Shown one piece after another: positions 54,550-64,000 of a DNA stretch of 64,000 nt. The stretch spans positions 1 through 64,000 of the forward strand of contig CAWEHK010000025.1 of NCBI GenBank assembly GCA_963808625.1, read 5' to 3'. How positions within the stretch are numbered: position 1 is the first letter of the stretch; every line of letters starts with the position of its first letter. Source of the DNA: an uncultured delta proteobacterium (GTDB lineage: Bacteria > Desulfobacterota > Syntrophobacteria > Syntrophobacterales > Syntrophobacteraceae). The notes beneath the pieces were generated by a model, which was not told the DNA's origin, ran no database searches, and was given only the letters and a program-made list of their open reading frames with translations. The translations under genes and the position numbers were made by a program.

Positions 54550-54725
54550 GAGGGTGTCTAAAGACCCTCAACAAATGGCTTTGCGATGACTGCCGTGTCG
54601 CATGCAAGATTCCAAAATCGTCATTCCCGCGATGTTTTTGGCGGGAATCCAGGTGCTTTTTGTTCCCTGAACCCCCGCCGGAAGCATGCGGGGGTGACGG
54701 CTGGATGGCCTTTTTAGACAAGCTC
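54550..54725. mobile_element. MITE with TTA target-site duplication
   Basis: tta-GAGGGTGTCTAAAG...TTTAGACAAGCTC-tta; internal REP-like pair. Confidence 0.8.
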
Positions 54726-54756
54726 TTAAGCCGCAATCTGGAAGGAGCCGTATCCT

Positions 54757-55389
54757 ATGAAAACGCTTGGCACCATTACCAATGAAGGCTATTCGTGCAC
54801 GATCATGGAAGATGATGACGGGCGCGTGTTCTATACAGCCGATGGCGATATTGATGCCGATGGAGCAAACGGCCAGAATGAGGCTGCGGCAGCCTATAGA
54901 GCAGACGACAAGGGCACGGAGAGTCTTGCCAACGGCGGCATGGCGATCCGCGACGGTAAAGTCATCTGTGCAAAGCCGTGGGCGCGGGACATCGTAATTC
55001 TTGGGCCGGACAACGAGCCGAAGATTTTTCCCGGTGGTATCATTGCATCTTGCACATGGTATCGCTACCCGGGCACGCCTGCCAATGATCCTGCGGCTTA
55101 CGTGGATGCCGAGACAGTGCCCTACATTGTCGTTCCCCCGCTCGTTATCCAAGCCACAGCTGGCGTGGTACGCGGATGCAAGGCCCGCGTAACCTGGCGC
55201 AGCAAATCCGTCGATTGCGTTGTTGCTGACAGAGGCCCGAGGAACAAGATCGGTGAGTTGAGTATTGCCGCAGCGCGTGCTATTGGTCTCCCATCCAGCC
55301 CCCGCAACGGCGGAACTGATAAGCCCGAGCTTCTTTACGAACTTTGGCCGGGCGTTGCAGCGCCAGGTTTCGAGCTTCAGCCAGCGTAG
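54757..55389 (+). CDS. Glycoside hydrolase family 75 (chitosanase-like) protein
   Basis: DIDADG, DAETVPYIVVP, VVADRGP..KIGELS motifs. Confidence 0.8.
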   Translation: MKTLGTITNEGYSCTIMEDDDGRVFYTADGDIDADGANGQNEAAAAYRADDKGTESLANGGMAIRDGKVICAKPWARDIVILGPDNEPKIFPGGIIASCTWYRYPGTPANDPAAYVDAETVPYIVVPPLVIQATAGVVRGCKARVTWRSKSVDCVVADRGPRNKIGELSIAAARAIGLPSSPRNGGTDKPELLYELWPGVAAPGFELQPA

Positions 55390-55972
55390 TGGCCGTTTGC
55401 TGCCAGTGGGGTCGCGTTCAACGCTCAAACACTCAAACTGCAGTGTGACCTACGAGTGAGAGCAGGGCAATTCCACAAAATCATGAGATCTGACCTGGAT
55501 GGACAATGGCAGGTGGATTCGCTCATGGACAACACGATCAAAAGGAATCACGCCAGTTTCCTGAATTCTTCCGAGGAAGCCAGCGTGACGTTCGATAGCG
55601 GGAGTCTACGTGACCAAAGAACAATGATTGGTTAACAACTCTCTCCAGATGGCGATCCTGCCGAACCAGGAAGGAACGTTGCAAATCGGCTGGAATGGAT
55701 CTGCTAATTGCCTTCCCGGCCTTCATCAATACGTGGTTGGGTATCTCTTATGTGAAGATCATTCGCTGAACCGTATCTTTGCCTGCGAGGCCGGCTTTGC
55801 TGGATTGGGGGATTCCCGCCCTGCACCCCAGGTGCTTCTCCGAAGCGCAGTGAAGGGGGTCGGGCGCAACGTCAAAGCGGTCAGGCAGTTCATCTGCCAA
55901 CGCTCCAAGGATTCCGTTGCGACCCATCTGCTAAATTAGGCTAGAACCAGGCATTGTTCGAGGGAGTATCCC

Positions 55973-56602
55973 ATGGAAGAAGCGACAAAAGGAAGACGTT
56001 GGTTCGGTGACCGCATCGGAAAAATGTATTTACCATCATCCATAGTTCAGACCCTATTGTTTTTAATAATTGCATTTACCTCAGTTTTCGCAACTGCGGA
56101 GCTTGCTGCACGTGAAAGTCTTCTTTCGGCGATCACTGGGTATATTACTTCTCTCAAGGCCGAGTTCGTTGAGCGGAATCGTGATCCGGGGGCCCTGAGA
56201 TCACTTCAAAGAGAAATGGGTGATAACTCCACCCATGATTATATACTGGAGAGGAAAAAGTTGCTGGAAGATATCAGTGTGGCAGAACTGCTGAAGCGGA
56301 AGCTGCAAACATTGATCGCCCTTGGCACGGATAATCGTTAATTCTCTTTGCGTGGAATAGAAAACAAGTTCAACCGGTCCATGACTGCACCGAAAGGTGA
56401 TGATAGCACAGCAAATTCCTTGCCCACATTGTCTGCATTTGTCCTACGGAGTTCGAAAATCCTGCTACCTCTTAGTTCGGACCAGTTACTCGCCATAGCA
56501 ATAATGGCTTGCGGCGCCATTGGAGCAGCAATTCCCGCAACCCATGGAAAGGGGCTGTTGGTCAGGATTTACGATCTGAGTTTTCGTAAACATCAACAAT
56601 AG
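55973..56602 (+). pseudogene. Hypothetical membrane protein, split or truncated
   Basis: Two consecutive ORFs with TM segments; RBS GGGAG. Confidence 0.45.
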
Positions 56603-57007
56603 AGTGTAGGGCGAACAGCTCGTCAAAAGAGCTTCTCGGTCGGTTCGCTTTTCACGGGACAGTCGCCTTCCTTGATCCACATGGGAATCTCCGGGCAACC
56701 TAAGCTGATGCCTTCCGCTCCCCGTGCGACCAATTCACTAATGACCTCTTTGAATTGACTGATTCGCATAGCATGCATTCATCACCTTTATTCTAGCCTA
56801 AGTCTGGATTATCTTTTAAAACTCCGGTCACTCGTCCAGCATCGACGTGAACTTGTCTGTGAGGTATTGATATAAGGCAGGTCGCGCGCCACGAGGCGGC
56901 ACGAGAGATGAGGGAAGGCCCCTCGAGACCGGCGTGCAGACGCCGATTTCAAACCACCTCAAGCGGCTCTGGTAAAGAGTCGGAGGGGATTTTGACGGAT
57001 GCTTTCG

Positions 57008-58370
57008 ATGGTAAATGATCATCTACCCGCCGTGCTCCGCGTCCTCCGCGGGATGCGCGGCTTATTACGCCCTCCTCCAAGGACTCGAGACGCGGTCGTC
57101 TCCTTCCAGGATGCCTGTGTGCGTGACCTGATCCGGCATGCCTACGCCCGCGTCCCATACTACCGCCGGCTCTTCGAGAGAGCCGGGCTGGAACCCGTTG
57201 ACGTGCGCGGAGTTGCCGACCTTGCAGCGGTTCCCCTCACGTCTCGTGAAGACCTCCAGCACCTGCCGCCCAGTGAGATCTGCGCCATGCGCGCGCCGGT
57301 CGATGCGCTTTACACGGTCACGACAAGCGGCTCGACGGGGGTGCCACTCACGGTGCGACGCTCGATGGCGGAAGAGCGGCTGCTGCTGGCGTATCGCGTG
57401 CGCGCCATGGGCGCTTGGGGGCTCGGCCCGGGGGCCCGGCGGGCGCGCATCGATCATCTCCACCCGGGAAGGCAGGGCCCCGATGCGGCACGACGGTGGC
57501 TTCACGGGAGGCACGGCGCGATGCCGAGGCTGTGGATCGACTGGCGGACTCCGAAGCATGAGATCTTGGCAGCCCTCGAGCGGTTTCAACCTCACATTGT
57601 CAACGGGCCGCCCTCCATCCTTTCGTGGCTCGCCGACGAACTGACCGACGACGACCGACGCCGCATCCCGGCGCACCTGATCGTGACCGGCAGCGAGACC
57701 TTGACGCCCCGGATGCGCGGGCAGATCGAGCGGGGCTTTGGCTTACCCGTCGCCGACGTCTACGGCAGCCACGAGGTCGTATTCATTGCCATGCAGGTGC
57801 CACAGCCGGGTGCCGACGCCCCCCTCTACCGAGTGTGCGAGGAGTCAGTCGCCATCGAAGTCTTACGCGATGGCTCGCCGGCCCGCCCCGGCGAAACCGG
57901 CGAGGTCGTCGTCACCGCGCTGCAATCGTTCATGATGCCGTTCATCCGTTACCGGTTGGGGGACCACGTTACGCTGGGCGAGGCGCCCGGCGGGTCGGCC
58001 GGACCATACACCACGCTCCGTTCCGTCAACGGCCGCACGCTCGAGCGCTTCATCTTGCCCAAGGGCCGCACCGTGCTCTGCTACCTACTCGGCGAGGCCG
58101 TGGAGGAGAGTGGACTCCGCGTCCGCCGCTTCCAGGTCGTCCAGGAGCGACCCGAGGCATTTCACATCGCCCTCGCCCTCTACGAGCCTCCCCGAGGAGA
58201 ACTGGAGTGGACTGGCGGGTCGGCTCCGGGACATCCTCGGGCCGGCGGTCACGGCGTCCATCGACATCGTGCCGGCGCTCACCGCAAGGGGCCCCGGGAA
58301 GTTCTCGCCGTACGTCCCCTGCGAGCGCCTCACCGCGGGGGCCAGGACCAACGGGCACGACCGGCTGTGA
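57008..58370 (+). CDS. Phenylacetate-CoA ligase/CapK-like adenylate-forming enzyme (frameshift near 58200)
   Basis: HAYARVPYY, TSGSTG.P, YGSHE, PFIRYRLGD, FQVVQ. Confidence 0.85.
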
Positions 58371-58459
58371 CCCCGATCTGCGGATATGGCGAATCGGGTA
58401 AATTGATTATGGTTGAAGGCGTCGAGTCACGACTGCACAATCGATAGAGAGGAGCTTTT

Positions 58460-59284
58460 TTGTCGATGCAGGCAATAACCCTCAGGCTCAAAATATTTCT
58501 TGTTCTATTTGTGGTCCTTATCGTTTTCGGGACGGTTGGTTTCGCTCTAATTGAAGAGAAATCAATTATAGAAGCTGTCTACTTTACCATTGTTACCATG
58601 GCTACGGTCGGATACGGAGACATCCATCCGGTAACGCAACCAGGGAGGGTCTTCACCATCTTCCTCATTGTGACCGGTGTAGGCACCTTTCTCGGGGTCA
58701 TCGCAAACCTGACGGAGTTGATGCTGGCGAAACGAGAGATTCAGGGCCTGATGAAGAAGCTCAACATGCTCATAGGGATTTTTTTTAGCGTGGTCGGTAT
58801 TGACCTCATGGCCATGTTCTCACGGAGCGATCGCGAGGTCGAGAAGATCAGGTCTGAACTTCTCGTGTCGGCCAACTGGACTGATAAACAATTTCAGAGC
58901 GCAATCAATGATCTCAAAAAGTATGATTTCAGTATTGAAATGGCACTGATTGACTTAGAAGTCCTGAAAGACTTTATCTGCGACAAAAGGGATTTCCTTG
59001 TGCGGCTTCTTGAAAACCCGATCCTCCTCGAGCACCAGTCATTCACGGATCTCCTTCTGGCAGTTTTTCATTTCATGGAGGAGCTTGCCTATCGAGATGA
59101 TGTGAAAGCGATCCCGGAGTCGGACAGGCGCCACCTTGCGAATGACCTCGAGAGGGCTTACCGGTTGCTCATAAACGAGTGGCTCGACTACATGAGGTAC
59201 CTCAAAGCGAACTATCCTTTTCTTTTTCATCTCGCGATGCGAACAAATCCCTTCGACCGTTCAGCATCTATCTTGGTAAAATGA
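58460..59284 (+). CDS. Potassium channel family protein (2-TM pore domain)
   Basis: TMATVGYGD selectivity filter. Confidence 0.9.
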   Translation: MSMQAITLRLKIFLVLFVVLIVFGTVGFALIEEKSIIEAVYFTIVTMATVGYGDIHPVTQPGRVFTIFLIVTGVGTFLGVIANLTELMLAKREIQGLMKKLNMLIGIFFSVVGIDLMAMFSRSDREVEKIRSELLVSANWTDKQFQSAINDLKKYDFSIEMALIDLEVLKDFICDKRDFLVRLLENPILLEHQSFTDLLLAVFHFMEELAYRDDVKAIPESDRRHLANDLERAYRLLINEWLDYMRYLKANYPFLFHLAMRTNPFDRSASILVK

Positions 59285-59403
59285 AGGGGCGATGGGGTTT
59301 GAACGGCGTTCGCTACGGATAAAACCAGGAAAAGAACCGGTGTTCATCTGCGTGGATCGCTGGTCAGCAAACGGTTACGCGTACTATTTGCCCGCATTCG
59401 CCC

Positions 59404-60198
59404 ATGAGCAGCGCCCTGAAGGAGATACCGATTCCAATGGACCCCATCATCATCGCCTTACTCTGCCTCATGTCGTTCCTTGCAGGATTCATTGACAGCG
59501 TTGCCGGAGGCGGAGGGTTGGTCCTGCTGCCCGCGTTGCTGCTGGCTGGAATTCCGCCCCAGGCCGCGCTCGGGACCAATAAGTTCGCAGCGATCTTCGG
59601 GACCTCGACGGCGCTGGCCAATTTCATGAAAAATGGCAAGGTGATCTGGAAAATCGCCGGTTGTGGGTTGGCGTTCTCAGTGCTGGGTTCAGTGATAGGG
59701 ACAAAGATCATCCTCTATGTCGATCAAAACACCACGGCAAAGATCATCGTTGTGATGCTGCCGATCACGGCTGTCGTTACCTTCCTTCCGAAACGACGGT
59801 TGAAAACATCGATATCCGAGTTCTCAAAGAAAGATCTGTACCTTTACACCCCCTTGCTTTGCGGTATCGTTGGCTTCTACGATGGCTTCTTCGGGCCGGG
59901 GACGGGGACCTTCCTGATCTTTGCCTTCTACGTATTCCTGGGACTCCACTTGATCAATGCCTCCGCCTTATCAAAGGTATTCAATCTGGCGTCCAATGTT
60001 GGCTCCTTTGTTACCTTCGCCTTTGCTGATAGAGTTCTCTATGGCATTGGCATGCCCATCGCCGTGTCCAATCTGGTGGGAGGTTATTTAGGGAGTATTC
60101 TGGCCATCAAAAAAGGCCAGCAATTCATCAAGACCTTTCTTCTGATCGTGTTCGGGATTCTCTTTCTTACTCTGATCCATCGAGTATGGCAGGAGTAA
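59404..60198 (+). CDS. TSUP (TauE/SafE) family transporter
   Basis: AGFIDSVAGGGG, ALGTNK, GFYDGFFGPGTG. Confidence 0.92.
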   Translation: MSSALKEIPIPMDPIIIALLCLMSFLAGFIDSVAGGGGLVLLPALLLAGIPPQAALGTNKFAAIFGTSTALANFMKNGKVIWKIAGCGLAFSVLGSVIGTKIILYVDQNTTAKIIVVMLPITAVVTFLPKRRLKTSISEFSKKDLYLYTPLLCGIVGFYDGFFGPGTGTFLIFAFYVFLGLHLINASALSKVFNLASNVGSFVTFAFADRVLYGIGMPIAVSNLVGGYLGSILAIKKGQQFIKTFLLIVFGILFLTLIHRVWQE

Positions 60199-60483
60199 GC
60201 CACAAACGATGAAACCGGCAGCTTCGCCTCCTCGCCATAATGGAAAGATAAAGATGAGAGTGAGCAAATCGATCATATTTATGGCAAACCGCTTTTGACA
60301 TCGAGGAACGCTATGCAGCACCATGGGATAGGCCGGGTTCCTTACGACGCTCGACAATTCAACCAACATCGGGATTTCATTTAAATGAGAAATGATCTAG
60401 TATTTGGAAATCTGCAAGCACGGCAATTCCCACCCCCTGCAAGGGTGTTTTTTTGAATCGACAGCACAGGTTGAGTTGAGCTC

Positions 60484-60910
60484 ATGAAGCAGGTGAAATA
60501 CTATGATGCCTCTCATAAAGAACGCCTGGTAACCGGCGACCGGATAGCTGCCTGCCTTGCAGAGCAAACCGAAATCATGTTCGCCTTTCTCTACGGATCA
60601 TTCATTTCGGAGCCGCTCTTTCGCGATATTGATGTGGGCATTTATGTTGCCGGAATCGAGCCGTCGCAGTATTTTGCCTGTGAGAACAGACTCACCCGGC
60701 TGAGTGAGGATGCCGTCGGCTTCCTGTTTCCCGGTAGATGTGAGGATCATCAATACGGCCCCGATCTTCTTTTGTTTTGAAGTAATAAGGGGAAAGTTGA
60801 TTTTTTCCCGAAGTGAACAGCTTCTGGTTGACTTCATGACCAGCATTGCCAGAAGGCGGCTGGACATGGCATCGTTAAGACTTCATTACCTGCGCGAGGC
60901 TATGGGCTAA
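60484..60910 (+). CDS. MntA-like minimal nucleotidyltransferase antitoxin (frameshifted)
   Basis: LYGSF..RDIDVGIY, VDVRIIN. Confidence 0.85.
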
Positions 60911-61353
60911 TGCCGCTGAATATTGAAAAGATATACACCAGATTCGAGGACATCAACGAATCGATTGCCCGGCTCAGGCAGCTCGGAAGCATTCCCGTCG
61001 CTGATTTCATTGCGGACCAGGACAAGCTTGACGTGGCCAGTTTCCGGCTGATCGTAGCCACGGAAGCCGCCATTGATATCTGCTTGCATGCATCGGCAAA
61101 GCTCCTCAAGAAGGTTCCCGATGACTATGCCGGCTGTTTCAAATTGCTCGCCGAGCAGGCCCTGATCGACAAAGACCTCGCCACGCGCCTGGCTCTGATG
61201 GCAAGATTCAGAAACCTGCTGGTTCATCATTACTGGAAGATCGATTACACCCGGCTCCATCAAATCATCAGCGGACCTGACCTCGACGATCTCAGTGAAT
61301 TCATCCGACAGATCAACAGGTTAGTTGGCGAAAAAGACCCGCCGACAAGGTAG
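60910..61353 (+). CDS. HepT/DUF86 HEPN RNase toxin
   Basis: FRNLLVHHY (RX4HXY) motif; abuts the MNT gene. Confidence 0.9.
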   Translation: MPLNIEKIYTRFEDINESIARLRQLGSIPVADFIADQDKLDVASFRLIVATEAAIDICLHASAKLLKKVPDDYAGCFKLLAEQALIDKDLATRLALMARFRNLLVHHYWKIDYTRLHQIISGPDLDDLSEFIRQINRLVGEKDPPTR

Positions 61354-61437
61354 TTTGTTTCCAACCTCGACTCAAACCCGGCACGATGCTTCCCTGCTTT
61401 CTGCCCAATCTCATAAGATGATGGTTTTCCCCCTCTT

Positions 61438-61570
61438 TCAGAAGGCAGCCTCGATAAGCCGGTGGAAAGCGGCGGGGTCTTCCAGGTGTTCCCGGTCCAA
61501 TTCCTGAACGATGCGGCCCTCCCGCAGCACGCAAACCCGGTCGGCGAGGCGCCGCGTTTCGCTCAGGGTG
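61438..61570 (-). pseudogene. ABC-type ATP-binding protein C-terminal fragment
   Basis: VSHTLSETRRLADRVCVLREGRIV (H-loop region). Confidence 0.55.
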
Positions 61571-61574
61571 TGTG

Positions 61575-61850
61575 AGACGGCCCGGGCACGACGCCCTGGC
61601 CAGCACCGACAAGCTGCTCCAGCTCCTCGCAGAGTTTCCCCATGCTGTCGGTAAAGCACATGGGATCATCATAGAAGCTGATCTGGTTGGCGAGCAGCAC
61701 ATCGCGGCCGGAAATCGGAACGGGCTGCACGCCGCGGAGGCGGTTGATACGCTGCAGCACACGCCGACGATGGTTCACGAGAAGGATCGCTTCCTGGAGC
61801 TTTGTGGGGGTAATGGTCTTCCCCGTCACCTCTTCGACCTTGTCCTTGAA
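61575..61850 (-). pseudogene. Internal fragment of a 2-hydroxyacyl-CoA dehydratase/double-cubane-like protein
   Basis: EEVTGKTIT..L.EAI..VN..R, PISGRD, FYDDP. Confidence 0.65.
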
Positions 61851-61961
61851 GGGCGGAGCAGATAAGAGCGTGGCTGAAGATGTCATCTCGTCTTCACCTC
61901 GGATGCTTCCCGCCGAAAGCCTGCGGGGACACGTGTTGGTGCAGGTCCGGGGATCAGGTTC

Positions 61962-62387
61962 CTAGGCGGCTTGGCGAATGCCAACCACCAATTGTTTCCC
62001 CAAGGTTGCAAGGGCCGCCTCAACCTGCTCAATCCGGCTGGGATGGCTCAGGCTGAGCAAACGATCGACAAGTGTCGGCGAAACCTTGAGTTTGCGTGCC
62101 AGATCAGCTTTGCGGAGACCGGCATCAATCATCGCATTCCAAAGCAGGATCTTGGCGGCAATACCAACGGGCAAGGTTACTCCCTGCCTCCCTTTTAGCG
62201 GGGTGGGCATGGGGATGGGCTGTCGGTCATCCATATACGCCGAAAACATAGCAACCAGGGCAGCAACAGCACGGTTCCTGGCTTCCGCTTCATCCTCGCC
62301 AAAGGTCACAGCCTCGGGAACGTCCGGGAAAGTGACCATAAGGGTTTCGTTGGTGTCCGCTTCCAGACAAATCGGATAGATCAGCAC
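61962..62387 (-). CDS. hicB: HicB antitoxin
   Basis: VTFPDVPEAVTFG plus C-terminal HTH. Confidence 0.9.
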   Translation of the reverse strand: MLIYPICLEADTNETLMVTFPDVPEAVTFGEDEAEARNRAVAALVAMFSAYMDDRQPIPMPTPLKGRQGVTLPVGIAAKILLWNAMIDAGLRKADLARKLKVSPTLVDRLLSLSHPSRIEQVEAALATLGKQLVVGIRQAA

Positions 62388-62404
62388 GGGCGCTCCTTTT
62401 GAGC

Positions 62405-62590
62405 CTATTTTAGTCCCAAATCTCTCTTTATTTTCTCGACCAAACCTTTACCAAGTTCTTTGCTGCCACCGTGCATGGGTAGTTCAGATTTCCTGTCACC
62501 CCGCCGGATAATCACGTGCCCGGTCCCCCGTTTGGTTTCAACCGTGCATCCTCGTTTCTTGAGCCAGGCTTTGAACTGGTTCGAGTTCAT
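62405..62590 (-). CDS. hicA: HicA toxin
   Basis: 61 aa; GTGH, LPMHG, IKRDLGL. Confidence 0.9.
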   Translation of the reverse strand: MNSNQFKAWLKKRGCTVETKRGTGHVIIRRGDRKSELPMHGGSKELGKGLVEKIKRDLGLK

Positions 62591-62600
62591 GGCTTCTACA

Positions 62601-62652
62601 ATAAACAAAAATGTTTATGGGTTCAAGGGGATAAATACACATAAGTGTTTAT
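62601..62652. promoter_or_regulatory. Two putative HicB operators
   Basis: ATAAACA-N4-TGTTTAT and ATACACA-N4-TGTTTAT upstream of hicA. Confidence 0.6.
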
Positions 62653-63236
62653 GCCCCGCACGATTTGGAGATGCAGTTCAGACGGTTATCCCTTCGGGCT
62701 TGGTTCGGTGCCGTCGAGCATTCTGGCGAGCGAGAGGGCGAGGCGTTCGACGGCCTGATCGTCGGGCAGCGCACGGTCCTTTGGAGGCGCCCTTGCTCGT
62801 CGCGGTCCATGCAGGTGGCGAGCTTGCTCTTGAGGGCCTCAGCCAGTTCCCGGTCGGACGAGGTGGGTTCCTGGGCGGAAAAGACCTCACCGAGAAAGGA
62901 GAAGGCGGCGTTGAACAATTGTCCCCCGCCGGCGGCCATTTTCTCGTTGCGGACCAGGGCGGCGGCCTCGGCTTCGGTTTTCCGGCGTTGGCTTTCATCG
63001 ACGGGAGCGAGGGGCCTGGCGTCAAAGAGCTGTTCCAGCCTCCGTTTCAGCTCCTCGATGCCGCTCACCAGGTTGACCGCGGTAACATCGGAGTCCGGGT
63101 CGAGGACCGCCAGGGCCAATTCCTGCTTGTCCGCAAGGGTCGCCAGCAGGTTCTCCTCGAGCGTGGCTTCGGTAACCAGCAGATAGACCTGCACCGGCCG
63201 CTTCTGACCCATGCGATGGGCCCGGGCGATGCGCTG
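62649..63236 (-). pseudogene. SNF2-family helicase C-terminal fragment
   Basis: QRIARAHRMGQKRPVQVYLLVTE.TLEE (motif VI region); upstream part absent. Confidence 0.8.
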
Positions 63237-63470
63237 GGAAAGGCTTTGAATCGAATTTCGGCTAGCGAAGCAGGAATCGCAGAATGCCTAAGGCAAAATT
63301 CTATCATTGGAAATTCATTATTCGTTATTCGATATTTGCTGTTTAACTTTTAAACGCCGCTGCCCAGGAAAGATGTAGTCAGAGACCGGGTGAGGTCTTA
63401 TCATTGATGGGTCGAGGAGAGCATTGATCCCGGGATTGGGTGTCACCCAGAAAAGAAGGCTTTAGACTGT

Positions 63471-64000
63471 ATGGTTCGACTCGCAACCATCCTTGTGGGT
63501 ATCCTGACGCTCTGGGCGTGGGTTGACGTGCAGGCGGCGGTGCTCAAGGGCGTGGTTCTTGCCAATGAGTTGGGGGGACCGCCGGTGGCAGGAGTCGAGA
63601 TCGCCGCCACGGGAGGCGAAGCTCATGCCGTCACCGATGCCACGGGCTCATTCACCCTGCTCTTCCCGGACAAACATGCCGGCGATCCCGTGACCTTGAC
63701 GGTCCGCAAGGAGGGTCACGAGGTAGTCAATGGCCTCGAGTTGGAACCCTCCCTCAGAGAAGCAGGTGAAGGCGATCCTCTGGTGCTTCTCCTTTGCAGG
63801 GAAGGCAACCGGCAGGAAATGCTCCGGCGCCTGGTCCTTCTTATGGCCGTGAAAGCCATTGAAGAGAGTTACCGACTGCGGTTGAAGGAATTGGAAAGCC
63901 AAAAGGAGAACGCGCTCGCCGGATTACCTGACCTCCGCAGACGGCTCGAGCAGGCCGATGCCGCCCTCGCGACGATCCCGAGGGCATTGGCGAAAGAGCG
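63471..64000 (+). CDS. Exported protein with carboxypeptidase-regulatory-like N-terminal domain (partial, runs off the window)
   Basis: Manual translation MVRLATILVGILTLWAWVDVQAAVLKGVV...TDATGSFTL; open to the window end. Confidence 0.65.
   Translation, partial: MVRLATILVGILTLWAWVDVQAAVLKGVVLANELGGPPVAGVEIAATGGEAHAVTDATGSFTLLFPDKHAGDPVTLTVRKEGHEVVNGLELEPSLREAGEGDPLVLLLCREGNRQEMLRRLVLLMAVKAIEESYRLRLKELESQKENALAGLPDLRRRLEQADAALATIPRALAKE

Noticed and set aside
55480..55939. Short ORFs on both strands, possibly a transposase relic
   Set aside because: No motif recognised with any confidence
10183..60910. Around 20 genes split by single-base frameshifts (ampG, hypE, hypF, CDF, formyltransferase, acyl-CoA synthetase, yyaL-like, MNT and others), read as mass pseudogenisation or recoding
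   Set aside because: Breaks are isolated 1-nt indels with intact motifs on both sides and little sign of nonsense decay, which fits long-read consensus error; needs read polishing to decide
50206..64000. Intact integrative element or prophage at tRNA-Leu
   Set aside because: No integrase, phage genes or duplicated tRNA 3' end seen within the window; only island-like content

Overview
This is a 64 kb bacterial chromosome segment. Gene content (hyp genes, a sigma54 two-component system, many Fe-S and radical SAM proteins) suggests an anaerobic Desulfobacterota/Syntrophobacterales-like organism; this is inference only. Many otherwise intact genes carry single-base frameshifts, most simply explained as long-read consensus errors. 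Main contents: (1) an integron remnant at the left edge, with a truncated intI, an attI-like site and attC-bounded ZIP-transporter and vapBC cassettes running off the window; (2) a PAS kinase/NtrC-type pair, an IS1634 scar and a RAYT transposase with identical flanking REP doublets; (3) hypA-B-F-D-E plus a radical SAM gene, without hypC; (4) a second, decayed attC/toxin-antitoxin cluster at 27.6-30.2 kb; (5) housekeeping and metabolic genes (dtd, ftsY, ribF, acyl-CoA enzymes, glycosyltransferases, a redox cluster); (6) a candidate sigma54-dependent small RNA with an exposed anti-Shine-Dalgarno motif; (7) tRNA-Leu(CAG) followed by an accessory island with a CRISPR remnant, an ISKra4-like element, lipoproteins, a GH75-like enzyme, two more TA systems and gene fragments. 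Intergenic DNA is densely filled with REP-like palindromes, nested MITEs and polarised 7-nt tandem arrays.
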